Notes: generated from the letters alone by a model not told the origin. A stretch of DNA of 64,000 nt from Bacteroidales bacterium (GCA_045130275.1 JBGUPL010000014.1:15743-79742); one strand, 5' to 3'. Shown: positions 37,006 to 46,363, numbered from the stretch's first letter. Made by a program: numbers and translations.

Positions 37006-39699
37006 CTATAGCGTGTCGCCAGTTTCATTTTCGCCTTCTTGAACCTTTTTCTCCAGTTCCATTTTACCGAAACGTAGTGTGATGCCGGCTGATACATAAC
37101 GGCTGTTCAGCATCCAGTTGGTGCTGTTGTTCAGGAAGTAAGGATTCGTGTTGACCGAACCGGAACCGTATCGGCCACCCCAGTTGAAGATGTCCTGCAC
37201 ATTGACGAAAATCGACAACTTACGTTTGAAAAGGTCGCTACGGAGACCGAAATTCAAGGCGTAACGGGCTTTGCGCTCGCTCATCAGACTGATTGTCGGG
37301 GAATTGTAGAAGCCGGAAGCGGTGAACTGCAGCCAATCGAAAGCCTTGGCCCAGAAGTTCAGTCGCACGCTCCATGACCACTTGTCGCGTCCGTCGGTCT
37401 GATGTACACCATCGCGGTCATACTCCATCTTATAACCGTAATCATAGACATTGGCGTAGAGTCGCAGGTTGACGAAACCGGTCGGACGGTAGGTGGCGTT
37501 CAGCGATGCGCCGTAACGCCAAGAGGTCCCCATGTTGTATGGTACGGAGTAACTGACGACCCGGTCGAGGTATTGGTCGAACTCGGAGTCAGTCAGCGAA
37601 CTGATTTCGTTGGTGCTCAACCGTCCGTAAACCTCCACTCCGACGTTGCCGAAACGGTTGAAATACTTCTGCCAGCCCGCTTCCAGGTTGTGCGTGAATC
37701 CGCTTCTCAGTCCCTTCGGGTTGCTCGAAGAGTAACGCCCGAAAGGATTGCCTGTGGAGTAGTTGTTGTCGCCGTAACGGCGGAAATGGCTCAAGTCTTC
37801 CTCGTCAGGGTGCGACATACGCATGGAGTAGTTAAGTTTGATATTGTGCATACTCTTGGTGCGGTATGTGAGGTGGATGGAGGGGCGCAACGAGAAGAAA
37901 ATAGGTGCGCCTTCATCGGCGAAAGGCATGTCGCTGATGTACTCGTAGGCATCGCGCAACATACCCACACCCAAGCCAGTGCTGAGAGTGAAACCGCCCC
38001 AGCGGTGCGTCCAGTTCACATCGGCGTTGACATTCGTCGAACCGCCGTTGAAATGGTATGCACGCAAGGTGTCCACTATTTCTCCGTCAAGGTCGTTGTA
38101 GCGGCGATAATCGTTGCTCATTTGGAAATGACTGGTGCGCATACCGTAGCTCATCTCGCCGTTTTCACTGTATGGCCGGTTGTAACGGGCGTCGAAGTCT
38201 GCACCGTAGCGGAAGCTGCGTGTGAGCAAGTAGCGGTGCTCGTCAAGGTCGTAGTATGTATCGTAGAAACGGTTGTACCACTGTTCGCTGGCATTGTGCG
38301 AGAACCGACCGTTCAGGCCGAGCCGCAGATTGTGTCCTTTGTTGTCGAACTTCTTGGTGTAATCCACCCCGGCGTGGGTCATCACAGACCACCCCTGGGT
38401 TTTGCTGAGTGTGGTGTCAATATATTCTTTAGAGAACGGTGGCATTGAATCTAAGTAGAAATAGGTCTGGTCACGCGAGATGATGTACCGGGAATTGTTG
38501 TTGTTGTAAAATCCACCCGCATCAAAAGAGATCTCACTGGTGGAGTCAATCTCGTAGTTGACCCCGAGGAAAAAGTTGGCGGAACCACTGCGGTTCGTGT
38601 CATGTTGCAAAATGGAGCTTGACCAGGTGGTGTCATATCCACCCTCGTTGCCCACGGCGTCGCGTCGCTGATAGGACTGTGATTCCGTTGCGTTGCGGCG
38701 AGAACTATAACGTCCTGATACAAATAGATTTACGCTTAATTTCTCCTTCGTCCACATATAGCTGACCCACGGAGACACAAACGGTTGGTTGGAACCGTTG
38801 ATGCCGAAACTGACGAACTGGTTGCTCTTGACGTGTGCGGAGGTGACGATGTTGATGACCGCCTCGGCATCGGTGGCGTATTTGGCCGACGGGTTGGTAA
38901 TAGCCTCGATACGCTCAAGTGCGTTGGCGGGAAGCGTCTGCAGGTAGGTCTTGAGATTCTCTTCGGTGAGTTTGGAGGGTTTGTCATTGATCCAGATTTC
39001 CACGCTTGACACACCGCGCAAGGTGATGTTGCCCTCCACATCGACCTCCACGCCGGGCGCGTTCTGCAGCGCGTCTTCGGTGGTGCCGGTCTGGATGGAA
39101 GCATCCTCGCTGACATTATAGACGAGCTTCTCCCCATCCATGGCGTAGATGGGCTTTTCCGTCTTGATGGTCACTTCACCCAAAGAAGTGGAGATGGGCA
39201 TAAGCTTCACGGTACCCAGATTGGTGTTGTTCTCCACGGTGAACGGGATGATGCGTGGGGTGTAGTTGAAGAACCAAACACGGAGCAGGCATTTGCCTTG
39301 AGGCACACCGTCAATTTCGAAATAGCCGTTGTTATTGGCGGAGGTGCCTTTGATGATCATGGAATCCTCCGCGTCAAGGACTGCCACGTTGGCATAGGCC
39401 AGGGGCGTTCCTGCAATGGAGTCGCGCAGCAAGCCCACCACTTTGAAGGTGGCACCCTCGCGCACCTTTTTTTTCTGCTTCACTTGTGGGTTCTGCTGTG
39501 GCATTTGCTGATTCCAGCCGCCACGATCGCCTCCCATCGGAGGCCTTCCGCCCGGATAACCACCACCCGGAGGCCGTCCGCCGGGATATCCGCCGCCCGG
39601 GGGCTGCGCCATGACGCATAAGGCCGATAGCGACAGTATCGCGATCATTGTGATAAACTTGAAAATAGTTATTCTTCTAGAAAAATCAGCAAAGTTCAT
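37006..39699 (-). CDS. Outer-membrane beta-barrel family protein with carboxypeptidase-regulatory-like domain and Gly/Pro-rich N-terminal repeats
   Basis: Signal peptide. (PPGGGYPGGR)x2-like repeat. CarboxypepD_reg-like segment (FKVVGLLRDSIAGTPLAYANVAVLD...NNGYFEIDGVPQGKCLL). Plug-like TLRGVSSVEIWINDKP. Long barrel. Confidence 0.7.
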   Translation of the reverse strand: MNFADFSRRITIFKFITMIAILSLSALCVMAQPPGGGYPGGRPPGGGYPGGRPPMGGDRGGWNQQMPQQNPQVKQKKKVREGATFKVVGLLRDSIAGTPLAYANVAVLDAEDSMIIKGTSANNNGYFEIDGVPQGKCLLRVWFFNYTPRIIPFTVENNTNLGTVKLMPISTSLGEVTIKTEKPIYAMDGEKLVYNVSEDASIQTGTTEDALQNAPGVEVDVEGNITLRGVSSVEIWINDKPSKLTEENLKTYLQTLPANALERIEAITNPSAKYATDAEAVINIVTSAHVKSNQFVSFGINGSNQPFVSPWVSYMWTKEKLSVNLFVSGRYSSRRNATESQSYQRRDAVGNEGGYDTTWSSSILQHDTNRSGSANFFLGVNYEIDSTSEISFDAGGFYNNNNSRYIISRDQTYFYLDSMPPFSKEYIDTTLSKTQGWSVMTHAGVDYTKKFDNKGHNLRLGLNGRFSHNASEQWYNRFYDTYYDLDEHRYLLTRSFRYGADFDARYNRPYSENGEMSYGMRTSHFQMSNDYRRYNDLDGEIVDTLRAYHFNGGSTNVNADVNWTHRWGGFTLSTGLGVGMLRDAYEYISDMPFADEGAPIFFSLRPSIHLTYRTKSMHNIKLNYSMRMSHPDEEDLSHFRRYGDNNYSTGNPFGRYSSSNPKGLRSGFTHNLEAGWQKYFNRFGNVGVEVYGRLSTNEISSLTDSEFDQYLDRVVSYSVPYNMGTSWRYGASLNATYRPTGFVNLRLYANVYDYGYKMEYDRDGVHQTDGRDKWSWSVRLNFWAKAFDWLQFTASGFYNSPTISLMSERKARYALNFGLRSDLFKRKLSIFVNVQDIFNWGGRYGSGSVNTNPYFLNNSTNWMLNSRYVSAGITLRFGKMELEKKVQEGENETGDTL

Positions 39700-39795
39700 T
39701 CTAATAAATTTTTAAGCCGCGAAGATACGTTTTTTTTGAAAACCCCGTAGTCTTTTCAACAAGATTGGAATATATTCACTAATCGCAAAAAAATG

Positions 39796-39803
39796 TATCT
39801 TTG
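39796..39803 (+). promoter_or_regulatory. -7 box TATCTTTG upstream of the DUF1015 operon
   Basis: Matches TAnnTTTG, 65 nt upstream of ATG 39868. Confidence 0.45.
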
Positions 39804-39867
39804 CCGTTGATTTTAAAATGTAGAATTATTAAACTTATTCAATTATTTACCAATAAATCAAATAGAT

Positions 39868-41133
39868 ATGTCAGTTATTAAACCCTTTAGAGGATTTCGT
39901 CCCCCGAAAGAAATCGTTGAAAAATTAGCTTCCCGTCCTTATGACGTGTTGAACTCCGAAGAGGCCCGCAAAGAATGCGAAGGCAACCCTTACAGCCTGC
40001 TGCATGTGACCAAGGCGGAAATTGACCTTCCAGAAGGCACCGATGAGCACTCCCTTGAGGTGTATCTTCAGGTCGTGAAGAATTACAACAGCTTCAAAGA
40101 TTACGGTTGGTTGGTGCAGGACAAGGAGGAAAAATTATACATCTATGCCCAAAGCATGAACCCGACGGCTGCGGACGCGAAATGGCAATATGGCATCGTG
40201 GCTTGCGCTTACAGTGAGGATTATGTCAACAAAATCATCAAGAAACACGAGCTCACCCGCAAGGACAAAGAAGAGGACCGTATGAAACACGTCCGTATCA
40301 CCAATGCCAACGTGGAGCCGGTGTTCTTCGCTTATCCCGCCGTCGCCCGCATTGATGAGATCGTGGCTTCCGTGACCGCCAAGGAGCCTGTCTATGACTT
40401 CGTTGCCAAGGAAGACGGCTTCGGCCACCGTTTCTGGGTCATCGACGACCGTGCCCTCATCGACGAACTGGTGGAACTGTTCGCCACCAAGGTGCCCGCC
40501 ATGTATATCGCCGACGGTCACCACCGCAGCGCCGCTGCCGCTCTCGTGGGTCAAGAGAAGAAAGAGCACAACCCGAACCACACCGGCAAGGAGGAGTACA
40601 ACTACTTCATGACGGTTATTTTCCCCGACAACCAGCTCAACATCATCGACTACAACCGCGTGGTGAAAGATCTCAACGGTCTGACCAAGGAGCAGTTCCT
40701 CAACGCAGTTGCCGAAACCTATACGGTCGAAGATATGGGCACGGAGATCTACAAACCCGGCAAGTTGCATGAGTTCAGCATGTATTTGGACGGTCATTGG
40801 TACAAGATGAACGCCAAGCCCGGCACGTTCAACGACAGCGACCCCATCGGGGTGTTGGATGTTACGATCCTCAGCAACCTTGTGCTTGACAAAATTCTGG
40901 GTATCAAGGATTTGCGCACCGATAAGCGCATCGATTTCGTAGGTGGTATCCGTGGTTTGGGTGAACTGAAACGCCGCGTTGACAGCGGGGAAATGAAAGT
41001 GGCTTTCGCCCTCTACCCTGTTTCCATGCAGCAGATCATTGACATCGCGGACACGGGCAACATCATGCCCCCGAAGACCACTTGGTTCGAGCCGAAACTG
41101 CGCTCAGGACTCGTTATTCACGAATTAGCATAA
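39868..41133 (+). CDS. DUF1015 family protein
   Basis: Characteristic N-terminus MSVIKPFRGFRP...RPYDVL and internal ADGHHR motif. Confidence 0.85.
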   Translation: MSVIKPFRGFRPPKEIVEKLASRPYDVLNSEEARKECEGNPYSLLHVTKAEIDLPEGTDEHSLEVYLQVVKNYNSFKDYGWLVQDKEEKLYIYAQSMNPTAADAKWQYGIVACAYSEDYVNKIIKKHELTRKDKEEDRMKHVRITNANVEPVFFAYPAVARIDEIVASVTAKEPVYDFVAKEDGFGHRFWVIDDRALIDELVELFATKVPAMYIADGHHRSAAAALVGQEKKEHNPNHTGKEEYNYFMTVIFPDNQLNIIDYNRVVKDLNGLTKEQFLNAVAETYTVEDMGTEIYKPGKLHEFSMYLDGHWYKMNAKPGTFNDSDPIGVLDVTILSNLVLDKILGIKDLRTDKRIDFVGGIRGLGELKRRVDSGEMKVAFALYPVSMQQIIDIADTGNIMPPKTTWFEPKLRSGLVIHELA

Positions 41134-41135
41134 TC

Positions 41136-42065
41136 ATGTTTAAAGTTCCCGTTTTACTCATACTATATAATAGAATAGAGGAAACGCACGACGTATTTCA
41201 AGTTTTACGCACAGTGCAACCCACTCAGTTGTATGTGGCGGGCGATGCGGCCAACTCTGGTTCACTGTTGGACCAGATGCGCACTTATCAGACTCGCGCC
41301 GTCATCCAACCCGAGTGGCCATGCCAGTTGCACACCTTGTGGCAGGACAATCATCTGGGCAAATCCCAGATGATTGTCACCGCCATGAAGTGGTTTTTTG
41401 AGCAAGAGGAGGAGGGAATTATCCTCTTTGAGGATACCATCCCCGGTTACGACTTCTTCCCGTATTGCGAGCAATTGCTTGAAAAATACCGCAATGACAA
41501 GCAAATCTTCAGCATTGGAGGCTTTTATTGGCGGCACAGAAGCCGGATAAGGTATAAAAAGCGGATGAAGAAAAGCGAATCCTCCTACTTCTTCTCGGCA
41601 TACGCCTCCACATGGGGCTTCGCCACATGGAAGAACCGTTGGACGGACTTCTCCCTTTCGATGGACCAGTACAACAAAGAGGGCTTTGAGAAGATGATTG
41701 ATCCTTACATGAAACAGAACAAACAGAAACTTTTCTGGATGAATCGGTTCAATGCGCTCAAAAAGTATAATGCCACATACTGGGACTACCAGTACAATTT
41801 CCATATTTGGTCTCATCAGGCACTCAGCATCACGCCTTATTTGAACCTCGTGACCAACGTGGGGTTTCGCAAACAAGCCAAGCGTAAGATCCGCAGGATG
41901 AAACGCAATGCCTATCCTATTATGCCGTTGGTGCATCCCGAGGAAGTCCGTCAAGATTATTCCGAAGACCGCTATATGTTCAGGCACATCTTCAACGGTG
42001 CCTTGTTCACGCTGTTCAAGGATTGGCTTAACGACTTGGTTTCCAATAATAAAACGGAGAATTGA
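41136..42065 (+). CDS. Nucleotide-diphospho-sugar transferase-like protein (GT-A fold candidate)
   Basis: VPVLLILYNRIEETHDVFQVLRTVQPTQLYVAGDAA resembles GT-A N-termini. ATG 41136 follows the DUF1015 stop by 2 nt; the listed start 41082 overlaps the upstream gene. Confidence 0.5.
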   Translation: MFKVPVLLILYNRIEETHDVFQVLRTVQPTQLYVAGDAANSGSLLDQMRTYQTRAVIQPEWPCQLHTLWQDNHLGKSQMIVTAMKWFFEQEEEGIILFEDTIPGYDFFPYCEQLLEKYRNDKQIFSIGGFYWRHRSRIRYKKRMKKSESSYFFSAYASTWGFATWKNRWTDFSLSMDQYNKEGFEKMIDPYMKQNKQKLFWMNRFNALKKYNATYWDYQYNFHIWSHQALSITPYLNLVTNVGFRKQAKRKIRRMKRNAYPIMPLVHPEEVRQDYSEDRYMFRHIFNGALFTLFKDWLNDLVSNNKTEN

Positions 42066-42069
42066 TTCG

Positions 42070-42945
42070 ATGGATAAAAAATTGACCTTCAAGATTGTGT
42101 TTCAAGAGGTGAGGAGTTATTTCTTCATCTTTTTGGGTTTGGCTATGTTCACTTTCGGATGGTCAGCTTTTTTGACGCCCTACGAAGTGTCCGGTGGCGG
42201 TGTGGCGGGTGCGGCCTCCATCCTCTATTTCGCCACGAAGACCATCCCCATCGGTGTCACCACGTTCGTGCTCAACGCCATTTTGATCGCCATAGCTTGG
42301 AAGGTCTTGGGTACCAAATTTTGTGTCAACTCGTTGATTTGCACGGTGGTGATGAGCGGTTTTTTCTCCATATTCCAGCCGCTTTTCCCGAAACCGATAA
42401 TCGAAGATATGTTCATGAGCGTCATAATCGGCTCGGCCATATCAGCCTACGGCATCGGCATGGCGATCAACTGGGGCGGCAACACCGGCGGCGTGGACAT
42501 TATAGCCCTCATGATCGGGAAATACCGCAATATCTCCTACGGTCGGGTCAGTTTGTTTTCCAACATTCTCATCGTGGGTGCATCCTATTTTGTGCTGCAC
42601 GACGTGCAGAGACTCGTTTACAGCTTCGTCGTGCTGTTGGTCTCCATCATTATCTCTGACTTGGTAATCGATGGATACCGGCAAACGTACCAGTTTATGG
42701 TCTTTTCTCAGAAAAATGATGAAATCGCCAAGAAAATCAACACGAACCTGCACCGCGGTGCCTCGTTCCTGAAAGGATACGGCTCTTATAATCATCAGGA
42801 GAGTGATGTGCTTCTTATTGTGGCACATAAGACCGACAAACGTTCCATCACTCGCATTATCAAGGAGATAGATCCCAACGCGTTCATTACCATTACGAAG
42901 ACGGCCAGCGTTTTCGGCAAGAATTTCGACAATATCAAGATATGA
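42070..42945 (+). CDS. YitT-family membrane protein (DUF2179 C-terminal domain)
   Basis: GGVAGAASILYF and GGNTGGVDIIALMI motifs in the TM part. C-terminal DUF2179-like VLLIVAHKTDKRSITRIIKEIDPNAFITITKTASVFG. Start trimmed from 41908 to ATG 42070. Confidence 0.8.
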   Translation: MDKKLTFKIVFQEVRSYFFIFLGLAMFTFGWSAFLTPYEVSGGGVAGAASILYFATKTIPIGVTTFVLNAILIAIAWKVLGTKFCVNSLICTVVMSGFFSIFQPLFPKPIIEDMFMSVIIGSAISAYGIGMAINWGGNTGGVDIIALMIGKYRNISYGRVSLFSNILIVGASYFVLHDVQRLVYSFVVLLVSIIISDLVIDGYRQTYQFMVFSQKNDEIAKKINTNLHRGASFLKGYGSYNHQESDVLLIVAHKTDKRSITRIIKEIDPNAFITITKTASVFGKNFDNIKI

Positions 42946-43721
42946 CGTCAATTTTCGAGCCCGTTTCAGCGCGGGTGAACGCTAAAATCAATATCGGCCT
43001 CCAGATTGTTCGAAAACGGCCGGATGGCTACCACGATTTGCAAACCGTTTTTTATCCTACGGATTTTTTCACCGATATCCTGCGCATAGCCCCTTCGTCT
43101 GAGGAGGTGCTTTTCCGGGTAGAGAGTCGGGAAGACTTGGGTAATCCAAACAACAATTTGTGTGTCAAGGCATTCAGACTTCTACAACATGATTTCGGAA
43201 TCTCGGGCGTGGAGATTTCCTTGCATAAAGGTATTCCTACAGGTGCTGGCTTGGGAGGAGGCTCCGCCGATGCTGCGTTCACGCTCAGGATGCTCGCCGA
43301 TGCGTTCCAATTGCCTGTTACTGAGGCCAAAATGCATGAATATGCTTTGCAGTTGGGCAGCGATGTGCCATTTTTCCTCCATAACCGCCCGATGTATGCC
43401 ACTGGTCGCGGCGAGGTGCTGACACCCGTCGATGTGGATTTGTCTTCATATCGGTTAAAAATCGTTAAACCGGACATCCATGTTTCCACGAAAGAGGCGT
43501 ATGCCGGTATCCTTCCGAAAACGCCCAATGTATTCTTACCTAATGTTTTACAACAAAATATAGAAACTTGGGAAGGCCTAGTGGCCAATGATTTCGAAAC
43601 GTCTGTTTTTTTGAAATACCCGGAATTAAGAGAAATTAAGGCATCGCTTTACCGCGAGGGCGCACTCTATGCCTCTATGTCAGGAAGCGGTTCCGCAGTG
43701 TTTGGCGTTTTCCCGTCCTGA
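42942..43721 (+). CDS. ispE: 4-(cytidine 5'-diphospho)-2-C-methyl-D-erythritol kinase
   Basis: AKINIGLQIVRKRPDGYHDLQTVF and GHMP-kinase motif GIPTGAGLGGGSADAA. 4-nt overlap with the upstream stop. Confidence 0.9.
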   Translation: MTSIFEPVSARVNAKINIGLQIVRKRPDGYHDLQTVFYPTDFFTDILRIAPSSEEVLFRVESREDLGNPNNNLCVKAFRLLQHDFGISGVEISLHKGIPTGAGLGGGSADAAFTLRMLADAFQLPVTEAKMHEYALQLGSDVPFFLHNRPMYATGRGEVLTPVDVDLSSYRLKIVKPDIHVSTKEAYAGILPKTPNVFLPNVLQQNIETWEGLVANDFETSVFLKYPELREIKASLYREGALYASMSGSGSAVFGVFPS

Positions 43722-44170
43722 TCGTTTTGTTTTTTGCGGTTCAGGTTCAAGAATCTGGCTTTCTTTTTATAGACAAAGATGCTGTTCAACACGTAATTCA
43801 CCAAACCTACTGGAACCGCCATGATTGTGAGGTTGAGGTAGTTGTTCTGGCTACCGAGATGCTCCAGCAGCGCAATGCCGCCTATGTTGAGAAGATAGGT
43901 GAACCCAGTGACTGCTAAAAATCTGAATAACAGTTTGTTGTCTTTGTTTTTGAACACCAGGATGCCATACGTTTTGAAGTTGAAGAGGATGCTTACGATG
44001 GTTGCAATGAAGTTGGAGACCACGTAGGCGTGGTTGAGTTTGAGCAGGTGCTCAAATACAAAAAGAAAAACATAATTGATGAACAGTCCGAACGCGGTGT
44101 TCAGAATGGCAACCAGTACGAAGCGGATGAACTGAGGTTCAAAATAGCGGTGTAAAAAGTTCCTAATCAC
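43667..44170 (-). CDS. GtrA-family membrane protein
   Basis: Four TM helices and N-terminal FIRFVLVAILNTAFGLFINYVF typical of the GtrA family. The 3' end overlaps the ispE 3' end by 55 nt (convergent). Confidence 0.7.
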   Translation of the reverse strand: MIRNFLHRYFEPQFIRFVLVAILNTAFGLFINYVFLFVFEHLLKLNHAYVVSNFIATIVSILFNFKTYGILVFKNKDNKLLFRFLAVTGFTYLLNIGGIALLEHLGSQNNYLNLTIMAVPVGLVNYVLNSIFVYKKKARFLNLNRKKQNDQDGKTPNTAEPLPDIEA

Positions 44171-44232
44171 AATTCAACATTAAGGCGGCAAAAATAAAAA
44201 AATAAAGCATACGCACGATATGGAAAAAAGAG

Positions 44233-44240
44233 TATATTTG
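44233..44240 (+). promoter_or_regulatory. -7 box TATATTTG upstream of yceD-rpmF
   Basis: Matches TAnnTTTG, 20 nt upstream of ATG 44260. Confidence 0.45.
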
Positions 44241-44259
44241 CACCCCTAAATTTATTGCA

Positions 44260-44814
44260 ATGGAAGAGAGACAATTGCGCAGTCAATTTAAGATTAGAAT
44301 CTCAGGCATTGAACTCGGAAAGCATTGTTTTTCAATAGATTGTGATAAAGAGTTCTTTGACCTGGCAGGTATTGAACAACTACTGGACGGCCGTTTGGTT
44401 TTGCGGATTGAAATGGAGAAATCTGAGAAAATGGTCGATTTCCAGTGCCACTTCGAAGGAGAAGTGGTGGCGGAATGCGACCGTTGCCTCGCCCCGGTGA
44501 CCCTGCCGATGAACTTCGACGAAAGACTGATCGTGAAGCTGGTGTCCGAAAATTACCACTCCGAGGAGGAACAGGAAGACGAGATTTGGATGATGGACGA
44601 GAACACCTACGAGATCGATCTCTTTCACTTCGTGTACGAGTCCATTGTGCTCGCGCTGCCCATCCGCATTGTTCATGAAGATGACGCAGACGGCAACCCC
44701 ACCTGCGACCCAGAGGTGATGCGCCGACTTGATGAGATGAATGCCGAAAATGTTGAAAATGAGCAAGAAACGGATCCCCGCTGGGATGCCCTTAAAAATA
44801 TAAAACTGGATTAA
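44260..44814 (+). CDS. yceD: YceD (DUF177) family protein
   Basis: CDRCLAPVTLPM zinc-ribbon-like motif. Acidic C-terminus. Conserved position immediately upstream of rpmF. Confidence 0.8.
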   Translation: MEERQLRSQFKIRISGIELGKHCFSIDCDKEFFDLAGIEQLLDGRLVLRIEMEKSEKMVDFQCHFEGEVVAECDRCLAPVTLPMNFDERLIVKLVSENYHSEEEQEDEIWMMDENTYEIDLFHFVYESIVLALPIRIVHEDDADGNPTCDPEVMRRLDEMNAENVENEQETDPRWDALKNIKLD

Positions 44815-44836
44815 TAACAATAAAAAATAAATAGAT

Positions 44837-45025
44837 ATGCCACATCCGAAAAGAAGACACTCTGCTATCAGAAGAGATAAGAGAAGAGCCAACGATTTCA
44901 TCACCGCTCCCCAGCTGACCACGTGCAGCCACTGCGGTGCCCCGATCCTCACCCATCGCGTATGCCCTGAGTGCGGTTACTATAGAGGCAAACAAGCCAT
45001 CGAAATCGGCAACACGGCTGAATAA
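44837..45025 (+). CDS. rpmF: 50S ribosomal protein L32
   Basis: MPHPKRRHSAIRRDKRRAN... and C-x2-C ... C-x2-C zinc knuckle (CSHCG...CPECG). Confidence 0.95.
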   Translation: MPHPKRRHSAIRRDKRRANDFITAPQLTTCSHCGAPILTHRVCPECGYYRGKQAIEIGNTAE

Positions 45026-45058
45026 GCGTCCCTGTGATGCTTTTCTGATTTATGAATG

Positions 45059-45087
45059 GATGACACGAGCAATTGTGTCATCTTTTT
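45059..45087 (+). terminator. Rho-independent terminator after rpmF
   Basis: Stem GATGACAC / GTGTCATC with an 8-nt loop, followed by TTTTT. Confidence 0.7.
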
Positions 45088-45101
45088 GAGTTTATAGCAT
45101 T

Positions 45102-45680
45102 ATGGAAATAGTATTTGCCACTCATAACTTGCATAAAACCGAGGAAGTGCGGGCCATTCTCGGTTCCCGATACCACATCCTCAATCTGCCCGAACTGGGC
45201 TGTCCCGACATCCCGGAAACCGCTGACACGCTGAAAGGCAATGCCTTGCAAAAAGTACAGTATGTCGTGGACCATTATCATCGTAACTGTTTCGCCGACG
45301 ACACAGGACTGGAGGTCGAAGCGCTCGGAAACCAACCAGGAGTCTATTCCGCCCGTTATGCCGGCGAAGGGTGCTCCTATCAAGACAACGTCCGCAAACT
45401 GCTGGCAGAGATGCAGGGCAAAACCAATCGCAAAGCTTGTTTCAAGACGGTGGTTGCCCTTGTCATGGACGGGAAAGAATACTTTTTCGAAGGCCGTGTG
45501 GATGGCATCATCCTCCCCGAACAGCGCGGCACTGATGGCTTCGGTTACGACCCCGTCTTCCTCCCCGACGGCTACGACCAAACCTTCGCAGAAATGGATG
45601 CCGCCACCAAGAACAGCATCAGCCACCGCGGCCGCGCCATACGAAAACTTGCCGCGTTTCTTTTGGATTGCGGCAAGTGA
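45102..45680 (+). CDS. rdgB: Non-canonical purine NTP pyrophosphatase (dITP/XTP pyrophosphatase, RdgB/HAM1 family)
   Basis: IVFATHNLHKTEE, DDTGLEVEAL, FGYDPVFLPDGYDQTFAEM, SHRGRA motifs. Confidence 0.9.
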   Translation: MEIVFATHNLHKTEEVRAILGSRYHILNLPELGCPDIPETADTLKGNALQKVQYVVDHYHRNCFADDTGLEVEALGNQPGVYSARYAGEGCSYQDNVRKLLAEMQGKTNRKACFKTVVALVMDGKEYFFEGRVDGIILPEQRGTDGFGYDPVFLPDGYDQTFAEMDAATKNSISHRGRAIRKLAAFLLDCGK

Positions 45681-45768
45681 TTTTATTTCGGAAATTGAAG
45701 CGGAAAAACGGAAAATGCGGAAACAAACAACGGAAAACTATTCTGTCCCAAATCCTTCCCCTACCCTC

Positions 45769-45800
45769 CACTGTTCACTGTTCACTGTTCACTGTTCACT
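45769..45800 (-). repeat. Tandem heptamer array (GTGAACA on the minus strand, about 4.5 units) encoding the purN C-terminus and stop
   Basis: Plus strand reads CACTGTT x4 + CACT. The minus strand reads gtg aac agt gaa cag tga = VNSEQ*. Each unit contains TGA. Confidence 0.9.
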
Positions 45801-46357
45801 AAAACATCATTAATCACCAACGGGAAGTACCTGTGCTCCAGCTGGTGGATTTTCGTCTCGACACTCTCCAACGTGTCGTTGGGTTCTGCATGGAACGCGA
45901 ACTGGTTGATGATCTTGCCCGTATCTACCCCCTCATCCACATAATGGATGGTGATGCCGAAGACCTTCACCCCGTAATTATACGCGTCGGCGATGCCGTG
46001 CGCACCAGGGAAGGAGGGAAGCAGCGCAGGGTGTAAGTTGATGATGCGCATCGGATAAGCCTCTAACAGCGTCTTGCCGATGATGCGCATGTAACCGGCC
46101 AGCACGATGTAATCCACTTGGCGTTTGCGAAGTTCGTCTAAAACGGCTTGTTCGTAAGCGGCTTTGCCGGCATAGTCCTTCGCACAAAAAGTGAACGCGT
46201 CAATGCCGGCGGCACTGGCGCGTTCCACTGCTTTGCTTGAAGGATTGTCGGATACCAGAAGGGCAATTTCGGCTTTCAGGGTCTGCTGCTTCACGGCCTC
46301 GATGATGGCTTGGAAATTGGACCCGAAACCGCTGGCAAAAACGGCAATCTTCTTCAT
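45782..46357 (-). CDS. purN: Phosphoribosylglycinamide formyltransferase
   Basis: IAVFASGFGSNFQAII, INLHPALLPSFPGAHG, GVTIHYVDEGVDTG-type motifs. The last five codons and the stop are encoded by a heptamer array. Confidence 0.9.
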   Translation of the reverse strand: MKKIAVFASGFGSNFQAIIEAVKQQTLKAEIALLVSDNPSSKAVERASAAGIDAFTFCAKDYAGKAAYEQAVLDELRKRQVDYIVLAGYMRIIGKTLLEAYPMRIINLHPALLPSFPGAHGIADAYNYGVKVFGITIHYVDEGVDTGKIINQFAFHAEPNDTLESVETKIHQLEHRYFPLVINDVLVNSEQ

Positions 46358-46363
46358 AACGAA

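Noticed and set aside
41082-41135. N-terminal extensions of the listed ORFs 41082..42065 and 41908..42945.
   Set aside because: The extensions overlap the preceding genes in another frame and encode Arg/Ser/Cys-rich junk. The internal ATGs at 41136 and 42070 follow the upstream stops by 2-4 nt and begin recognisable domains.
45241-45813. 190-aa plus-strand ORF overlapping rdgB and reading through the heptamer array (…HCSLFTVHCSLKHH).
   Set aside because: It lies out of frame within a well-supported rdgB gene. Its product is Pro/Ser/Thr/Ala-rich nonsense, and its tail is merely the translated repeat.
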